Under the pieces are notes generated by a model. The model was not told the origin of the DNA. It was given only the letters and a program-made list of their open reading frames with translations, and did not search any database. A DNA stretch of 64,000 nucleotides. Origin: Salpingoeca rosetta. Its lineage: Eukaryota > Protista > Choanoflagellata. Both the position numbers and the translations under genes were made by a program. Location: positions 330,279 through 394,278 of the forward strand of contig JAWQFM010000004.1 in the NCBI GenBank assembly GCA_033442325.1, written 5' to 3'. Below, in pieces: positions 35,551 to 52,847 of this stretch (position 1 is its first letter; each line of letters opens with the position of its first letter).

Positions 35551-36758
35551 GTTGGCCTGACACGCTGCTGTCGCTTAAGACGGCCGCATTGCCCTGATCA
35601 CACGAGCCACATGCCACGGTGGACTTTGCCTGAGGAGGCTGCCATGGCTGTTGTTGTTGTGGTGGTGGTGGTGGAGTCGAGTGGCCACATGCAGCAGCAG
35701 CAGGTTCACGTTGTTCTCCTGCTCCTCCATCCACCGTCTGGCAAGGACAGCTGGCCCAGACTCAACATCACGCATACTTGCAGTTGTCTTGGCGAGGAGC
35801 GTGCCGTGTTGGTGGAGAGGAGGCGCTGCGCGCATGCATGCTGGTGCCAACCAGACGGAGGGAGGAAGGGCACACACTCCTTATGATACCGGCAGCAGTG
35901 ACTGGGGAGTGTCTTGGACAGAGAGGGACAGCTGCATCATATGCGTACATCAGGTGCACCTGTGTGCGTCCTTGTCTGCATGGACACTATGTTCACAGAG
36001 GCGCGAGGCAGCGTGGAGAAGGTGGTGGCGGGGGGACGAGAGCGTCACGATGTCAGACACGACGTAGATGCGAGAGGAGGTAAGGTGCACCAGCACAATG
36101 GAAGATAGGCAGATGGGCGTGAGCACGTGTCGTTGGAACAACGTGTGATGTATGTGAGCGTATGCGTTTACGTGTGTTGCGTAGATAAGGCTGGGCAATG
36201 CAATGCAATGCAATGTAATGGAATGACCTCACACACACTCACACACACGCACCTTTGGATGAACAGTGTATTCTTCAGTCACGATGGCTGCCTCCTTCAC
36301 ATGTGTTCAACTCACGCCCTTCTTCTGCACTGCGTGATGAAGCTGTGTGCCGTGTGTGCTCTGTCCTTGTTGGTCCAGTGATGAGGTGATGAAGGAAGGC
36401 TGAGGGATGGATGGATGGATGGATGGATGGAAGGCTGTCTCAAGGGATGGATGCGTGTCAACGTGCTCCTTTCCACAACAACAACAACACACACACAACA
36501 GTGAACTTGCTTGCTTGTGTGTGGCTGGAAATCCAATGCACGATTCCCAACAATCGTCCACAACCACAACCAGCCAAAAACGCCACAAACAACAACAACC
36601 AATCCGGTCTTCTTTTGTCTTCTCTTGGTGTTGCGCCTGTCCTGCGAACAGCCACGCGAACGAGGAAGGAGGAAGGCAGACTTAACTTCTCCTTCTGTTC
36701 TCCTCTTCTTCTCTTCTCTTCTCTCCTTCTCCTTCTCCTCTTCTCCTCTTCTTGTGCG

Positions 36759-37994
36759 ATGAGAACGATGGGGTGCCTGCAGGCACGTGTGATGCTGCTC
36801 CCCGTGCTGCTGGTGGTGGCGGCGGCAGTGTGCTGGATGCCGTTCATCAGCAGCGTTGTTGGAGAGGTGACGCTGGTGGAGGATGATGCGGGCGCGTTTC
36901 ACATCAACACTAGCGATCCAATGAGCCAACCGGTGTTTGTGAACGGGGTGAATGTGCACGAGACACTCAGCACGCTGATGAGCACCGTCTCGGTGCAGCA
37001 GAGCATGATCGATTGTGTCTTTGGCAGCAAAGTGTGCACCCCGAGCGCCAGCACGTTTGGCCAGCTCGACTCCCTGGGTGGAAAGTGGCTTGGGGGTGTG
37101 CTGGCCAACAACGGCCTGATCTACGCTGCACCTCGGAACTCCCCTTCCGTGCTCATCATCGACCCCAGCACCAACACCGTCGATACAACCACAATCACCG
37201 CACTTGGAACGGACAAGAACAAATGGGCGGGTGCTGTGTTGGCACAGACGAGGCTTATTTATATGTTCCCTTCACGAAGGGAGACCATGCTCATCATCGA
37301 TCCGGACACCAACACAGTTGACGCCACCAGCATCCACTCGCTTGGATCGATGGATGCCAAGTGGTTTAGCGGTGTGGTGGCTCACAACGGCCTCATCTTC
37401 GGCGTTCCGTACTTCGCCACGGCAGTTCTGATCATTGATCCAGAAACCAACACAGCCGACACCACCACGCTGTCCGGGCTGTCGAGCCAGCAATACAAAT
37501 GGTACGGCGGTGTGCAAGCGGACAACAGCCTTATCTACTGTATCCCCAGGTCGGCGTCTTCTGTCCTCATCGTCAATCCAGAGTCCTTCACAATGGACCT
37601 CACAACCATCAGCGGCTTCGACACGAGAGCAAAGTGGTTTGGTGGTGTGCTGGCAGGGAATGGCCTCATCTACACCATCCCAGCATCCTCTGCCACCGCG
37701 CTTGTTATAAACCCAGCCACCAACGCCACCGACGAACTACCAATCGCTCAGCAAATCAGCGTCACAAAGTGGATTGGTGGCGTGCTCGCACCCAATGGCA
37801 ACATCATTGGCATTCCATTCAGCTCTTCATCCCTCCTCATCTTCGATCCAACCACCAATACTACCGACACAACAACCGTCAACGATCTTGGTGGCGACTA
37901 CAAGTGGTGGGATGGCGTGCTCGCACCAAACGGCCTCATCTACGGCATTCCACATGATGCCGAGTCGGTCCTTGTGATTGACCCTGGGTGCTGA
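36759..37994 (+). CDS. Secreted protein: signal peptide + GAxHINTSD..PVxVNG motif + short coiled coil + 7 KWxGGVL repeats (predicted 7-bladed beta-propeller)
   Basis: Intronless. MRTMGCLQARVMLLPVLLVVAAAV signal peptide, seven ~45-aa repeats KWxGGVLAxNGLIYxxPxxxxxVLIIDPxTNT, ending in IDPGC*. Confidence 0.88.
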   Translation: MRTMGCLQARVMLLPVLLVVAAAVCWMPFISSVVGEVTLVEDDAGAFHINTSDPMSQPVFVNGVNVHETLSTLMSTVSVQQSMIDCVFGSKVCTPSASTFGQLDSLGGKWLGGVLANNGLIYAAPRNSPSVLIIDPSTNTVDTTTITALGTDKNKWAGAVLAQTRLIYMFPSRRETMLIIDPDTNTVDATSIHSLGSMDAKWFSGVVAHNGLIFGVPYFATAVLIIDPETNTADTTTLSGLSSQQYKWYGGVQADNSLIYCIPRSASSVLIVNPESFTMDLTTISGFDTRAKWFGGVLAGNGLIYTIPASSATALVINPATNATDELPIAQQISVTKWIGGVLAPNGNIIGIPFSSSSLLIFDPTTNTTDTTTVNDLGGDYKWWDGVLAPNGLIYGIPHDAESVLVIDPGC

Positions 37995-39640
37995 TGTGGG
38001 TGTGTGTGTGTGTGTGCATATGTACATGTGTCTTTGTGTCTGTCTGTCTGCCTGTGTGTGCGTGTGTGTGTGTGTGTGTGCACATGCTTTCCTACTCGCA
38101 CCTTTCTGCACCGCCTTGGCTCTTTCAGTCTTCCACCCTGCTGCTTCTGTCAACCTCTGTGTTCCTTCTTCTGTCTCTCTCCTTGTACCCTGCGTATCGA
38201 TGCTGTTCATTGTTCTTCAACTGTACATACATGCATTGACCCCGGCCCGATTGTCAAAACATCAAGAACAGTGTCAACTGCAAGACTGCAACACTCAAAG
38301 AGCTTGACGTGAACTCCTTGACACACTCGCATCCATGCAGTTTGAACAGCTGTGCCACTACGATGATGCACGCACTTATGCCGAAGGGAAGCCACCTCTT
38401 CCAGGACACCAATGCAATCACTCTTTTGAGTCAGTCATCAGTACACGAGCAAAACAACTGCAGTCCATGTCATCCACAACATGGACATGGATATCAACAC
38501 AGTGGAGGCGTTGCTCGTGCGGTCGAGCCCGACAGGGGAACACGCAGAGGTCACGGCCAACCCCCAGCAGCACAGTGCAGGTGCAGGTTCACCTGCAACA
38601 GGCAGAAGCACGACAGGAAACAGGACAACAACGTGAGCGTGATGCACATCAAGCCACCGCACACACACACACCATGTTGGAATGCATCATGTGAGCAAAC
38701 CAGACACGTTATGCACACGACCCAAGGAGAAGACACCATCCTCACTACCTCACATCAAAACACACACGCGTTGCTGGCTTGCACCTTGGTCTGGCTGCTC
38801 AATGAGTGGAAAGAGGGAGAGTGGATGCTCGTGCATCCATGCGTGCATCCATGCACGCGTGCTCAGGTGCGCAGTGGAATGCCAGCGAGGGAGAGGTGTG
38901 TCTCGGTGAACGTCGGGGTGAGGTCTTGCGATGAGTGCCATATTCCTATCCTCCACGTGTGTAAATGGAATCAGAGTGGTTCCTCTGCCTCTTCCACTGT
39001 GTCACAGCAAGCCAAGTGTACGTGGCACGCGAACACGCAATAGCGTGTGCTGCTCTTGCTGACATCAAACCTCATCGCCACCCCCCCCCCACTACAATCA
39101 GCTGGCGGTGCAGCGAAGGAAGGGGTCTCTGCCTCTCCCGTGTCATTGCCTCAGCAAGGAAAGCTGGGTGGTCGACGACAGGCGGCGTCTCCTCTGGTCG
39201 TGTGTGGACGAAACAGCAACGAGGACAGCGAGGGAGCCTGCGGAAGGTCAGTAATGTGATGTGATCTCACACTGGGAGCAGTGGAGTGGACTGTGTGGTG
39301 GAAGCGAGGAGAGTGGAGTGGCGAAGCTGCACGCAGCAGTAACAGCGACTGCCTCAGGAACGAAGGGACGGTGTGCCTCATCCCCCTCCTCTCTTCTGCA
39401 ACAGGCAACAGGCAAGCAGGCAACACGCAGTACCTGAAGGAATGAAGGAAGGAGTGTGCGTGTCTTCTTGAGCTGGCTGCAAGCAACAAGAACAGCAGGG
39501 AGAGGGAAGCTGAAGAGGAAAGACTGCAGAGAAGAGCGAAGTGGCTGCTGCGATTTTGCTTGCTTTGCTTTTTCTAGACTTGTGCACGAACAACCAAGCA
39601 AGACAAGCAACAGCACAGCACAGCAAGCACAGCAGACGAG

Positions 39641-40993
39641 ATGCTGCTCAGCGACATGAGATGCACACCAACAACAAGCGCAACAACAACACCAACAACA
39701 ACAACCACAGCAGCCTTTCCCTCCCTCCCCCGCTTACTGCCCACCATCCTCTTCCTTCTCCTTCTCGTCCTGCTCGCAGAACCAATGAGAGGAGAAGTGA
39801 CGTTTGTGGAGGACGATGCGGGCGCACTGCACATCAACACGAGCGATCCAGCGAGCCAGCCCGTTTTGGTCAACGGGATGAACGTGGATGCGCTGTTCGA
39901 GACGGTGGCAACACAGCAGAGCATGCTGCAGGAGTATGAGCAAAACGTGCAGGAGCAGCAGACCACGATCGACAAGCAGCAGGGCACGATCAGCGTGAAC
40001 CAAGGAAGGATCGATGCGCTGAGAGCTGAGGTGTGTTCCCCAAGTGCCAGCACGTTCGGAGACCTTGGCAGCTCCACAAACAAGTGGATTGGCGGGGTAT
40101 TGGCTGGCAACGGCTTGATCTACGCGACCCCATTTGATGCTGACTCAGTCCTGATCATCGATCCCACCACCAACACTGTCGACACCACCACCATCGCCGG
40201 ACTTGGAGCAGCTAAAGAGAAGTGGGCCGGTGCTGTCCTCACACACGACAACCTCATCTACATGCTTCCCGCAGGAAACACCACGATGCTTATCGTTGAC
40301 CCTGAGACCAACACAGCTGACACAACAAGCATTCAGTCGCTTGGATCTGGCAGCCACAAGTGGTACACCGGCGTTGTGACAAGCGACGGCCTCATCTTCG
40401 CTGTTCCTTATTCCGCCACATCTGTGTTGGTCATCGACCCCACCACCAACACCGCGGATACTACCACCATGGGTGGCCTCCCTTCCGATGCCTACAAGTG
40501 GTACGGCGGCGTACAGGCCGCCAACGGCCTCATCTATTGTATGCCAGTCCGCGCAGCCTCAGTCCTCATCATTGACCCGGTGGCACTCACAATGGATACG
40601 GGCACGCTGGCTGGCTTGGGCACGACTACCAAGTGGTGGGGTGGCGTCCTGGCTGGCAACGGCCTCATCCACACGATGCCATCCTATGCTGGAAGTATGC
40701 TCGTCGTTGATCCAGCCACCAATACCACAGACACGATCACCATTACTGACACGACCAGCACAGCCAAATGGGTTGGTGGTGTGCTTGCACCCAACGGCAA
40801 CATCATAGGTATTCCATATGAATCCTCGTCCGTCCTTATCTTCGATCCAGCCACCAACACCAGCGACACAGCTGCCGTCAACAACCTTGTTGGAAACTCG
40901 AAATGGTGGGATGGCGTGCTCGCCAACAACGGCATCATCTACGCCATTCCACATTATGCTGAGAACATACTTGTCATCGACCCTGGGTGTTAA
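39641..40993 (+). CDS. Tandem paralog of 36759-37994 (secreted 7-repeat beta-propeller with a longer coiled-coil stalk)
   Basis: Same GEVTxVEDDAGAxHINTSDP N-terminus, seven colinear repeats and identical IDPGC* end. Confidence 0.9.
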   Translation: MLLSDMRCTPTTSATTTPTTTTTAAFPSLPRLLPTILFLLLLVLLAEPMRGEVTFVEDDAGALHINTSDPASQPVLVNGMNVDALFETVATQQSMLQEYEQNVQEQQTTIDKQQGTISVNQGRIDALRAEVCSPSASTFGDLGSSTNKWIGGVLAGNGLIYATPFDADSVLIIDPTTNTVDTTTIAGLGAAKEKWAGAVLTHDNLIYMLPAGNTTMLIVDPETNTADTTSIQSLGSGSHKWYTGVVTSDGLIFAVPYSATSVLVIDPTTNTADTTTMGGLPSDAYKWYGGVQAANGLIYCMPVRAASVLIIDPVALTMDTGTLAGLGTTTKWWGGVLAGNGLIHTMPSYAGSMLVVDPATNTTDTITITDTTSTAKWVGGVLAPNGNIIGIPYESSSVLIFDPATNTSDTAAVNNLVGNSKWWDGVLANNGIIYAIPHYAENILVIDPGC

Positions 40994-42039
40994 TCAACGA
41001 CTCTCGTTGCCTTGCTTTGGCTGCATACTTGCAAGCGTGTCCCCTTTTCCTGTTGTGGCTTGCCTACCACCCAGCCTCTGGCTTTGTTCTTCCTGCACAG
41101 CTGTTGCCCACCAGTACACCATTACTGCAGTGCTTGTGGTCACTTCGATAAACACTCCTCTTATCCTGAGAACAAGCGTCACATCACCTCGCATCATTCA
41201 TTGTCCGACACCCCCCCCCCCAGCGGCAATGGAACCAAACAAATGTGTGCTGTGATGTGATGCGCATCTGCTCCTGCACACAACGCAACGCACCGCAATG
41301 CGCAACTGAGAGGATGGCGTACACATGCTGGATGCTTCCCCCGTTCGTCTGCTGCTTCCACTCGACTGCCCCTCTTGTGCAGACCCTTTGCGCCAGAGCG
41401 TGGAGCATGGCGAGACGACACAAGAGCGAGCGCACAGGCCGCACCACAGCACGTTATTTATTCCCCCAGCGACAGTCCCCACCCACCAAAGCAGCTACTG
41501 CAGCAACAGAGGCAACAGGAGTGGCCGCGTGGTGTTGAGTGTCAAGCGATGCGGCATTCCTGCTTGACACACAAACTGGCCGTTCGTGGCACTTTCACCT
41601 TCATCCGCTTGGTGTATGCAATTGCGTGGTGCTGCGCTTGACCTGTGCAGTTGTTATCAAGAGAGATGGGTTGGTGGCGATGCATATTGTGGATTGTCTT
41701 CTGTGGTGTTTGTGTGAATGCGTGACATTGTTGAACTTGCGTGCTGCTCGACCGTGCACATCATAGAATGACTTTGAAACGAGGATGTACTGGCGTGGAT
41801 GAAGGGATGAACGAAGAGACGCAAGAAGCACAAGTCAAAACAAGCACACAAAGAACACACGCATGCAAGCAAGCACTCGGTCACTGTGCCTCAAGTCAGA
41901 AGAGAATGTAACAGCAGCAGGAAGGAGGGGCAGCGAGAGCGGACAAGAAGTACAGATGCAAACACGTCACTGCCCACATCCCACCACACACACACACACA
42001 CACGCACACACGCACAACCATCCGCCCCCCTCACCTTCC

Positions 42040-42080
<41 letters not shown>

Positions 42081-42094
42081 TCCACTCCTCCTCG

Positions 42095-42757
42095 TCACAG
42101 CTCATCGTGCCCCCCATGACCGCTGAAGCACGTCTTGAAGCAGGAGCCGAGCTTTTGGCCCATGAGCGGGCCGTCCACGTTCAGGTTGAACACCTCCATC
42201 TTGTCGAGGTGCGGGTTGAGGCGGGCGTTCAGGCGCTCGGGGATGGTGAAGAGGCACGGCGGGCCGGGCTTCTCCGTGGAGTACGTGGCCATGGCAAACG
42301 TCATGGCCATGACGCAGTTGATGCGCCGCTCCTCCGGGTTGTTGCTGGCCACGGCGCTGTTGTTGACGGCCATGACGTCCGTCACCTCAAACGTCACCTT
42401 GAGGCCGCACCCTGGCGGCGTGTTCACCTGGCTGTACGCGTCCACCATCGAGGCGTGCGTGCGTGGCATGAACGACGGAAACTCTGCAGCAAGGTCCTCT
42501 GTGTAGAACTTGTCCACATGCTCCTGGATGCGCGTTCGCATGACGCCCTCGTCCCCAGATGAAGACGTGGTGATGGCATCCACAAAGTCCTCGATGCTTC
42601 GCCGAAGGTGGTCCACACACAGCTCCTCGTCCGAGGTCTCAGCTTGCGGTTGCGTTTGCGTTTGCGCAGAAGCAGCACCAAACAGCGCAAGGCTGGCAAG
42701 CACAGCAACAACGAGGAGCATGCAGGCACGGAAGGCCGCGACAAGGCGCACACACAT
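42095..42757 (-). CDS. ER-luminal protein (signal peptide + C-terminal HDEL), possibly SnoaL/NTF2-like fold, 220 aa
   Basis: ATG 42757 gives MCVRLVAAFRACMLLVVAVLASLALFGAASA (signal peptide). The GC3-rich ORF ends GHGGHDEL*. KFYTEDL..EFP loosely resembles SnoaL-like domains. Confidence 0.78.
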   Translation of the reverse strand: MCVRLVAAFRACMLLVVAVLASLALFGAASAQTQTQPQAETSDEELCVDHLRRSIEDFVDAITTSSSGDEGVMRTRIQEHVDKFYTEDLAAEFPSFMPRTHASMVDAYSQVNTPPGCGLKVTFEVTDVMAVNNSAVASNNPEERRINCVMAMTFAMATYSTEKPGPPCLFTIPERLNARLNPHLDKMEVFNLNVDGPLMGQKLGSCFKTCFSGHGGHDEL

Positions 42758-43071
42758 CTTGGTGTGATGGGATGTTGTGTTTGGTGCTGCTGTGTGCTGT
42801 GAGATGTTGTTCTTCTCTTGTTTGGCGAAAGCAAGCAAGCAAGCAGTGCTACAAGGAAACAGACAGCAGTCCTTTGCTGACTTGTGTTGTCGAAGATCGT
42901 GAATGGCTTCAGGTGATTTTCCACAAACAGCAGCAAAGAAGAGCAAAGCGCCACATCAAGCACCGCTCTTGCTGCTCTTCTTTTGTTGCCTTGTTGCTTG
43001 CAGAGCTTGCCCTTAGTGCCCTTGCCTTCCTTCAGGCCTTCTTGTTGAAGTGTGTCAAACTTTGAGGCACA

Positions 43072-47595
<4,524 letters not shown>

Positions 47596-48114
47596 TTACA
47601 CGCTGTGCTGAGAGTGTTATGCGTGTGACATCCTCTCTCACACTCTCTCACTCTGTTTGTGCTTGTATCTCTATCTGGGTCTGTGTCACTACGGGCCTAA
47701 CACCACTCTCACTCACGCACTCTCACTCTTTTTGTCTTTTTGTGGTGCTTGTATCCTCCTCTGTCTGCTGTTTGACATGATTCTATGATGGTGTGATTGT
47801 CCTCTGTGTTGACTCGTTGAGTCTTTGAATGGAAAGGAACCTGAGGTGACTCAATAAGTTGTGTCGACTGAGACTGAGCATGGTGGGGTGAGACAGTGGG
47901 TCTGAGGTTGTGCTTGTCACAGAGAGTCACTTCTGAGGCCGTTTGTGTTTGTTGAACTAGAAGAAGCAAGCAGGGACACGGAAGATCATGTCCTCATGTC
48001 ACAGCTCGCTCGGCTGTACGCTTCAAACGCACCAACTGAATTCAGTTTTCCTTCGCCATCGTTTCTTTTGTTGACACATCTGTCTCCTGTCCATCTCCAC
48101 CCACACGTCCAGCT

Positions 48115-48979
48115 ATGCCAAACCCACGTCGCTTGCAAATGGTGAGCCGTACATGGTACATATGTGCGTGCTTGCCGTGCATGCTCACGGCGGCTTCACA
48201 CACACACACTCACACACACACACACACTCTCTCTCTCTCCCTCTCACACATACACATTCGCACATTCTCACACGTTCGCAGGAGATGAAAGATCTCCACA
48301 AGGGGGTTCCCAACGTGGAAGGCATCACCTTTGATGAGGCCGACATGACACACGTCAAAGCCACGATCCTCCCGGTTCGTCAACAACGCTTGATCGCATC
48401 ATCATCGTTTGCTCGTTTGGCCCCCCTCAACCTTCCTACCTCCTTCATTCTTCCTGTCGACACACAGCACGCCATCATGGGTCTTGAGTGTGTTGAATGC
48501 GTTTTCTGTGACAATTCTCGCTTCCCTCACGACTCACCCATGTGCATTCCTCTGCCATCAGACGGAGCCGCCCTTCAACAAGGCCAAGTTTGAGGTGGAG
48601 ATTACATACCCGGACAAGTTCCCTTTTGAGGCGCCAAAGGTAGGGTGTTTCGTGGTGTGTGGGCAGTAAAGTGTGCGCATGTCGTGTCGATCACCCACCC
48701 CCCATGCCTCGACAGTTCTCTCTTGACAGTTGTCTCTTGACAGTTCTCTCGACAGTTGTCTCTCGACAGCTGTCTCTCAGCCTCACCTCGTCACCCGCTT
48801 ATCTTGTTTCTCTTGCAACAACATCATTTTATCGACGCTTCCCAGGTCAAGTTTGTCACGCCCATCTATCACCCCAATGTCAATGAGAAGGGCACGGAGA
48901 TTTGCCTCAACATGATCAATGCAGAGCACTGGAAGCCGGCCACTCGCACACGGCAAAGTACGCTCATCGTGTTGCCGTC

Positions 48980-49076
<97 letters not shown>

Positions 49077-49297
49077 NNNNNNNNNNNNNNNNNNNNNNNN
49101 NNNNNNNNNNNNNNNNNNNNNNNNNNNNNNNNNNNNNNNNNNNNNNNNNNNNNNNNNNNNNNNNNNNNNNNNNNNNCCCCCCCCCCCCTCCACACACACA
49201 CACACACACACACACACCTTCGCCTCACTACATCCATGCACCGCACAACCACCAGAACTTCCTCGAGCACGCCAAGAAGCACAAGGCACGCAGATGA
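48115..49297 (+). CDS. UBE2L3: Ubiquitin-conjugating enzyme E2, UBE2L3/UbcH7-like; exons 48115-48141, 48282-48374, 48562-48639, 48846-48957, last exon partly in gap
   Basis: Spliced MPNPRRLQM|EMKDL...|TEPPFNKAKFEVEITYPDKFPFEAPK|VKFVTPIYHPNVNEKGTEICLNMINAEHWKPATRTRQ. HPN motif and catalytic Cys present; WKPAT is typical of UbcH7. Confidence 0.85.
48708..48780. repeat. Short intronic minisatellite (about 12-14-bp units, tctc[t]ygacagtt)
   Basis: Five gacag-centred units within an E2 intron. Confidence 0.7.
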
Positions 49298-49522
49298 GCA
49301 AGCTCGGCCGCGTGCAGTGCAGATGCATGTATTTGTCTCAAGCAAAGCCCCCTTTCTCTTCCCAACATAACCATGAACATTTTTGTTTGTCGCCTGTCGT
49401 GGTCGGCAGTTTTCTGGTAAAACGTGTTTAAGCGAAGCCTCAGTTCTGTTTTTTGCGCGGGAAAGACACAAACACCCAATACAGCAGCAGCAGCAAACGC
49501 ACCAAAGAAGAAGACAACGACG

Positions 49523-49608
49523 ATGCAGGTGAAGCTGTCTGCCGATAAGCTGCAAGGTGAGCCCGCGTGGGGACTGTGGTGGCAGTGCTTGGTGCATCCA
49601 CACGCACC

Positions 49609-49658
<50 letters not shown>

Positions 49659-51090
49659 CGCATATCCACACACAGTCACACGCATCCACTGACTGTTGTG
49701 CTTGTGTGCACACTCTTGATGTGGTGCAGTGTTCGCGCGGGCGATCCAGTGCCTGTCCAAGGTCGGGGAGGACTTGTACCTGGAGGGCACGCCGAGCCAG
49801 CTTGACTTGCGCAGCGTGAATCAGTCACGGTCGGCGTTTGCGTGCGTCGTCTTCTCCCGCACGTTCTTCTCCAGCTTCACGCCTCCAGATCCAGCGCTGT
49901 GTGGCGTGGAGCAACAGCAGCAAGGTGGCGCGGGAACCAGCAACAGCAACGCTGGCGACAACGCATCGCAGGACACGCAAGACGACAGCGTTGCCGTGAT
50001 TCGCTGCAAGGTCTTGAACAAGTCGTGCCTTGGCGCCTTCAAATCCCTCAACGCGCTGCACAAGAACGTGGACAACTGCGTCATCACGCTGGACCCAGTG
50101 CGAGAGGCCATCGTCTTCAAGCTCAAGTGCCACCACGGTGCGTGCCCTGACCTGTGTGATGTCAACACTGGCGTAGGTGCTTACGTTGGCGTTGGCGTTG
50201 GTGCTAGCGTTGGTGCTGGGGGCTGGTGTCAAGTAGGGCTTTTGCCAGTCTTGGGAGTGGTCGCTGAGTGCAGTTTGGGCTGTCGTGTTGACTGACAAGC
50301 TCCCGCGGTTCTGGTCTGTTTCAACAGGCATCTGCAAGACGTACCAGCTCAATATGGACGACTGTGATCCGCTCAACGTACGCCACACCGTGCACACGCG
50401 CCATGTGTCTGCCTGTTTTCTGCTGCGGCGGCTGCTGCTGCTGCTGCTGCTGCTGCGTGGTGGTGTTTTTGTTGGTGGTGTTGTTGTTGACTTCGTGCCC
50501 GCTCCCCTCCTTGTTTTGTCCTGCTTGTTTTGCTGCGTTGTGCTGCCAGGCACTGTATCGGGTGGACCAGTGCAAGAATGTGCTGCAGGGCCCCGCGCAC
50601 GTGCTGTCGGAGTGCTTGCTCAACTTCCAGCCGGGCCTGGAGGAGATTTCCATCGATGTGTCCAGCCACACCATGAGCGTGAGCAACGCCACAGAGCCCA
50701 CGCTCTCCGGCCACAACGAGCTGCTGCGAACAGAGCTCACCATCGACTATGCAGAGTTTGCGGCCGCCAACATCAAGCAGCCGTGCACCATCACCTTCTG
50801 CCTCAAGGAGCTCAAGGCCTTCCTCGCCTTTGCAGAGAAGGCCGGCGAGGTGTGTGCACATGTGTGTGCGTATGCACGTGTGTGAGTGTGTGTGTGTGTG
50901 TGTGCGCATTGCGAAGTATAGTGAATTGATGCTCATCCCCTTCTCACCCCTTCTCACCCCCTTCCTTCTCCACCAGCTGATGCTGATGCACTTTGACGGC
51001 CCCGGCGACCCGCTCATCTTCAAGGCGCACGGCCGCGAGTTTGTGCTCGATTTCGTCCTCGCCACACTTGCCCCAGAGATTGAGGTAGAG

Positions 51091-51168
<78 letters not shown>

Positions 51169-51733
51169 ATTTGTCTCCTTCCTTCCTTCCTTCCTTCCTT
51201 CCTTCCTTCCTTCGTTTTCTCTCTGTGCTTGCATGCACCCGTGCTTTCGCTCCGCTGACCCCCCTCTCCCATACCTCACTCCGTCACCCCATTGTTGTCT
51301 CGTTCACTGCAGGATGACTCACGCGCGACACAGATGAGCTCGCAGGCGTCCATCCGGACGCCAATGCGCACGCCGGCCTCCCAGCACCAGCACACCCACT
51401 CCCACCACCGCCGTCGCCGCCCCTACCACCACCACCACCACCACCATCACGACCACTCACAGCAGCAGCAGCAGCAGCAGCAGGAGAACCAAGCGTCGCC
51501 TGCACGTGGCGGTGCTGCGCCATCCATGCACACAACACCGCGTCCCCCCCACCACCACCACCACCATCCCCACCACCACCATCATCGTGACCATAGTCGC
51601 AGCGCTTCGCAAGCGGGGACGCCGGCCGCTGCCCGCGCAGTCACGCCCGCCAGCGAACCAGCACACACGCACGCGCAACCTCAGCAGCATCAGGAACACA
51701 CTCAACAACAGCAACAACAGCAACAGCAACAAA

Positions 51734-51764
<31 letters not shown>

Positions 51765-52094
51765 ACAGCAGCGGTACCCGCCCAAGACGCCGCCAACAAC
51801 CCGCCTTGGCGCAACGGCAGCAGCAACAACGCCGTCGCTGCTGCAGTCTGCGCGAGCGGCGGCATTGCATGATGGCTCGTTTCTTGCATCGCCACCACCG
51901 CCCTCCTCAGCGCACGCGCCGTCACCAGCCGCCTTTAGCCACCCGTGCAGCCCCGTCTTCAGCATGCCATCCGTATGTCGATGTGTGTGTGTGTGTGTAT
52001 TTTCTTGGGGCTGGCGATTTGCGGTTGGCCTGGGATGAGTGATATGCCGTCTTTCGTCCATCTACTGACGGTGGCCTTGTCTCACGGCACATGG

Positions 52095-52133
<39 letters not shown>

Positions 52134-52140
52134 TGTGTGT

Positions 52141-52178
<38 letters not shown>

Positions 52179-52784
52179 GTTGGCGAGTCGCCTGCGGGAC
52201 TGCGACGAACGCGGCGGCGGGTGGCGATGGACACGGGCGCAGACACACACACCCCACACACCCCACAACAACAGCAACAACAGCAACAACAGCAGCAGCA
52301 GCAGCGAGGTGATGAGGATGCGATGGTGGTTGATGTGACGACGGCGAGCAAGGAGGAGGAGGTGAGCCAGGACATTGTGGCCGGCGTGGAGGACACGACC
52401 GACACCAACGCCACGCGGGAGAGCGGAGAATTGGGCCAATCGATGGAGATGGACGATGATGAGGAGTCGCAGCCGCAGGCAAACAAATACCGCTCCATGC
52501 TCGCAGGTGAACAAATCATGCGCCCGTGAATGCTTTTGTGCGTGTGTGTGTGTGTGTGTTGTTGCTTCTGTGTGTTTGTTGATGTTGCTGATTGTGGTGT
52601 GTTCATAAGCTCACAAGCGAGCGCGTTTGCACCACAATTCCTACTCCTACGCTTCTTCTCATGCACCTTCCCTCACACCGTCCGCACTGCCGCTCTTCCC
52701 CTCCTCCACCGCACAACAGGCCACGGCCCACTGCTGCTGGCGCCAGACACCGACGACGAAGACGACGACGCAGACGAGGAGTGA
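49523..52784 (+). CDS. RAD9: RAD9 checkpoint clamp subunit (9-1-1 complex), multi-exon, with a long His/Gln-rich disordered tail
   Basis: V|FARAIQCLSKVGEDLYLE..LRSVNQSRSAFACVVFSRTFF, RCKVLNKSCLGAFK, CHHG|ICKTY, ITFCLKELKAFLAFAE, MHFDGPGDPLIF..DFVLAT. The acidic C-terminal LLAPDTDDEDDDADEE resembles the RAD9 phospho-tail. Confidence 0.92.
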
Positions 52785-52812
52785 ACAGGACGTGCTCGTG
52801 TGTATGTGTGTA

Positions 52813-52847
<35 letters not shown>

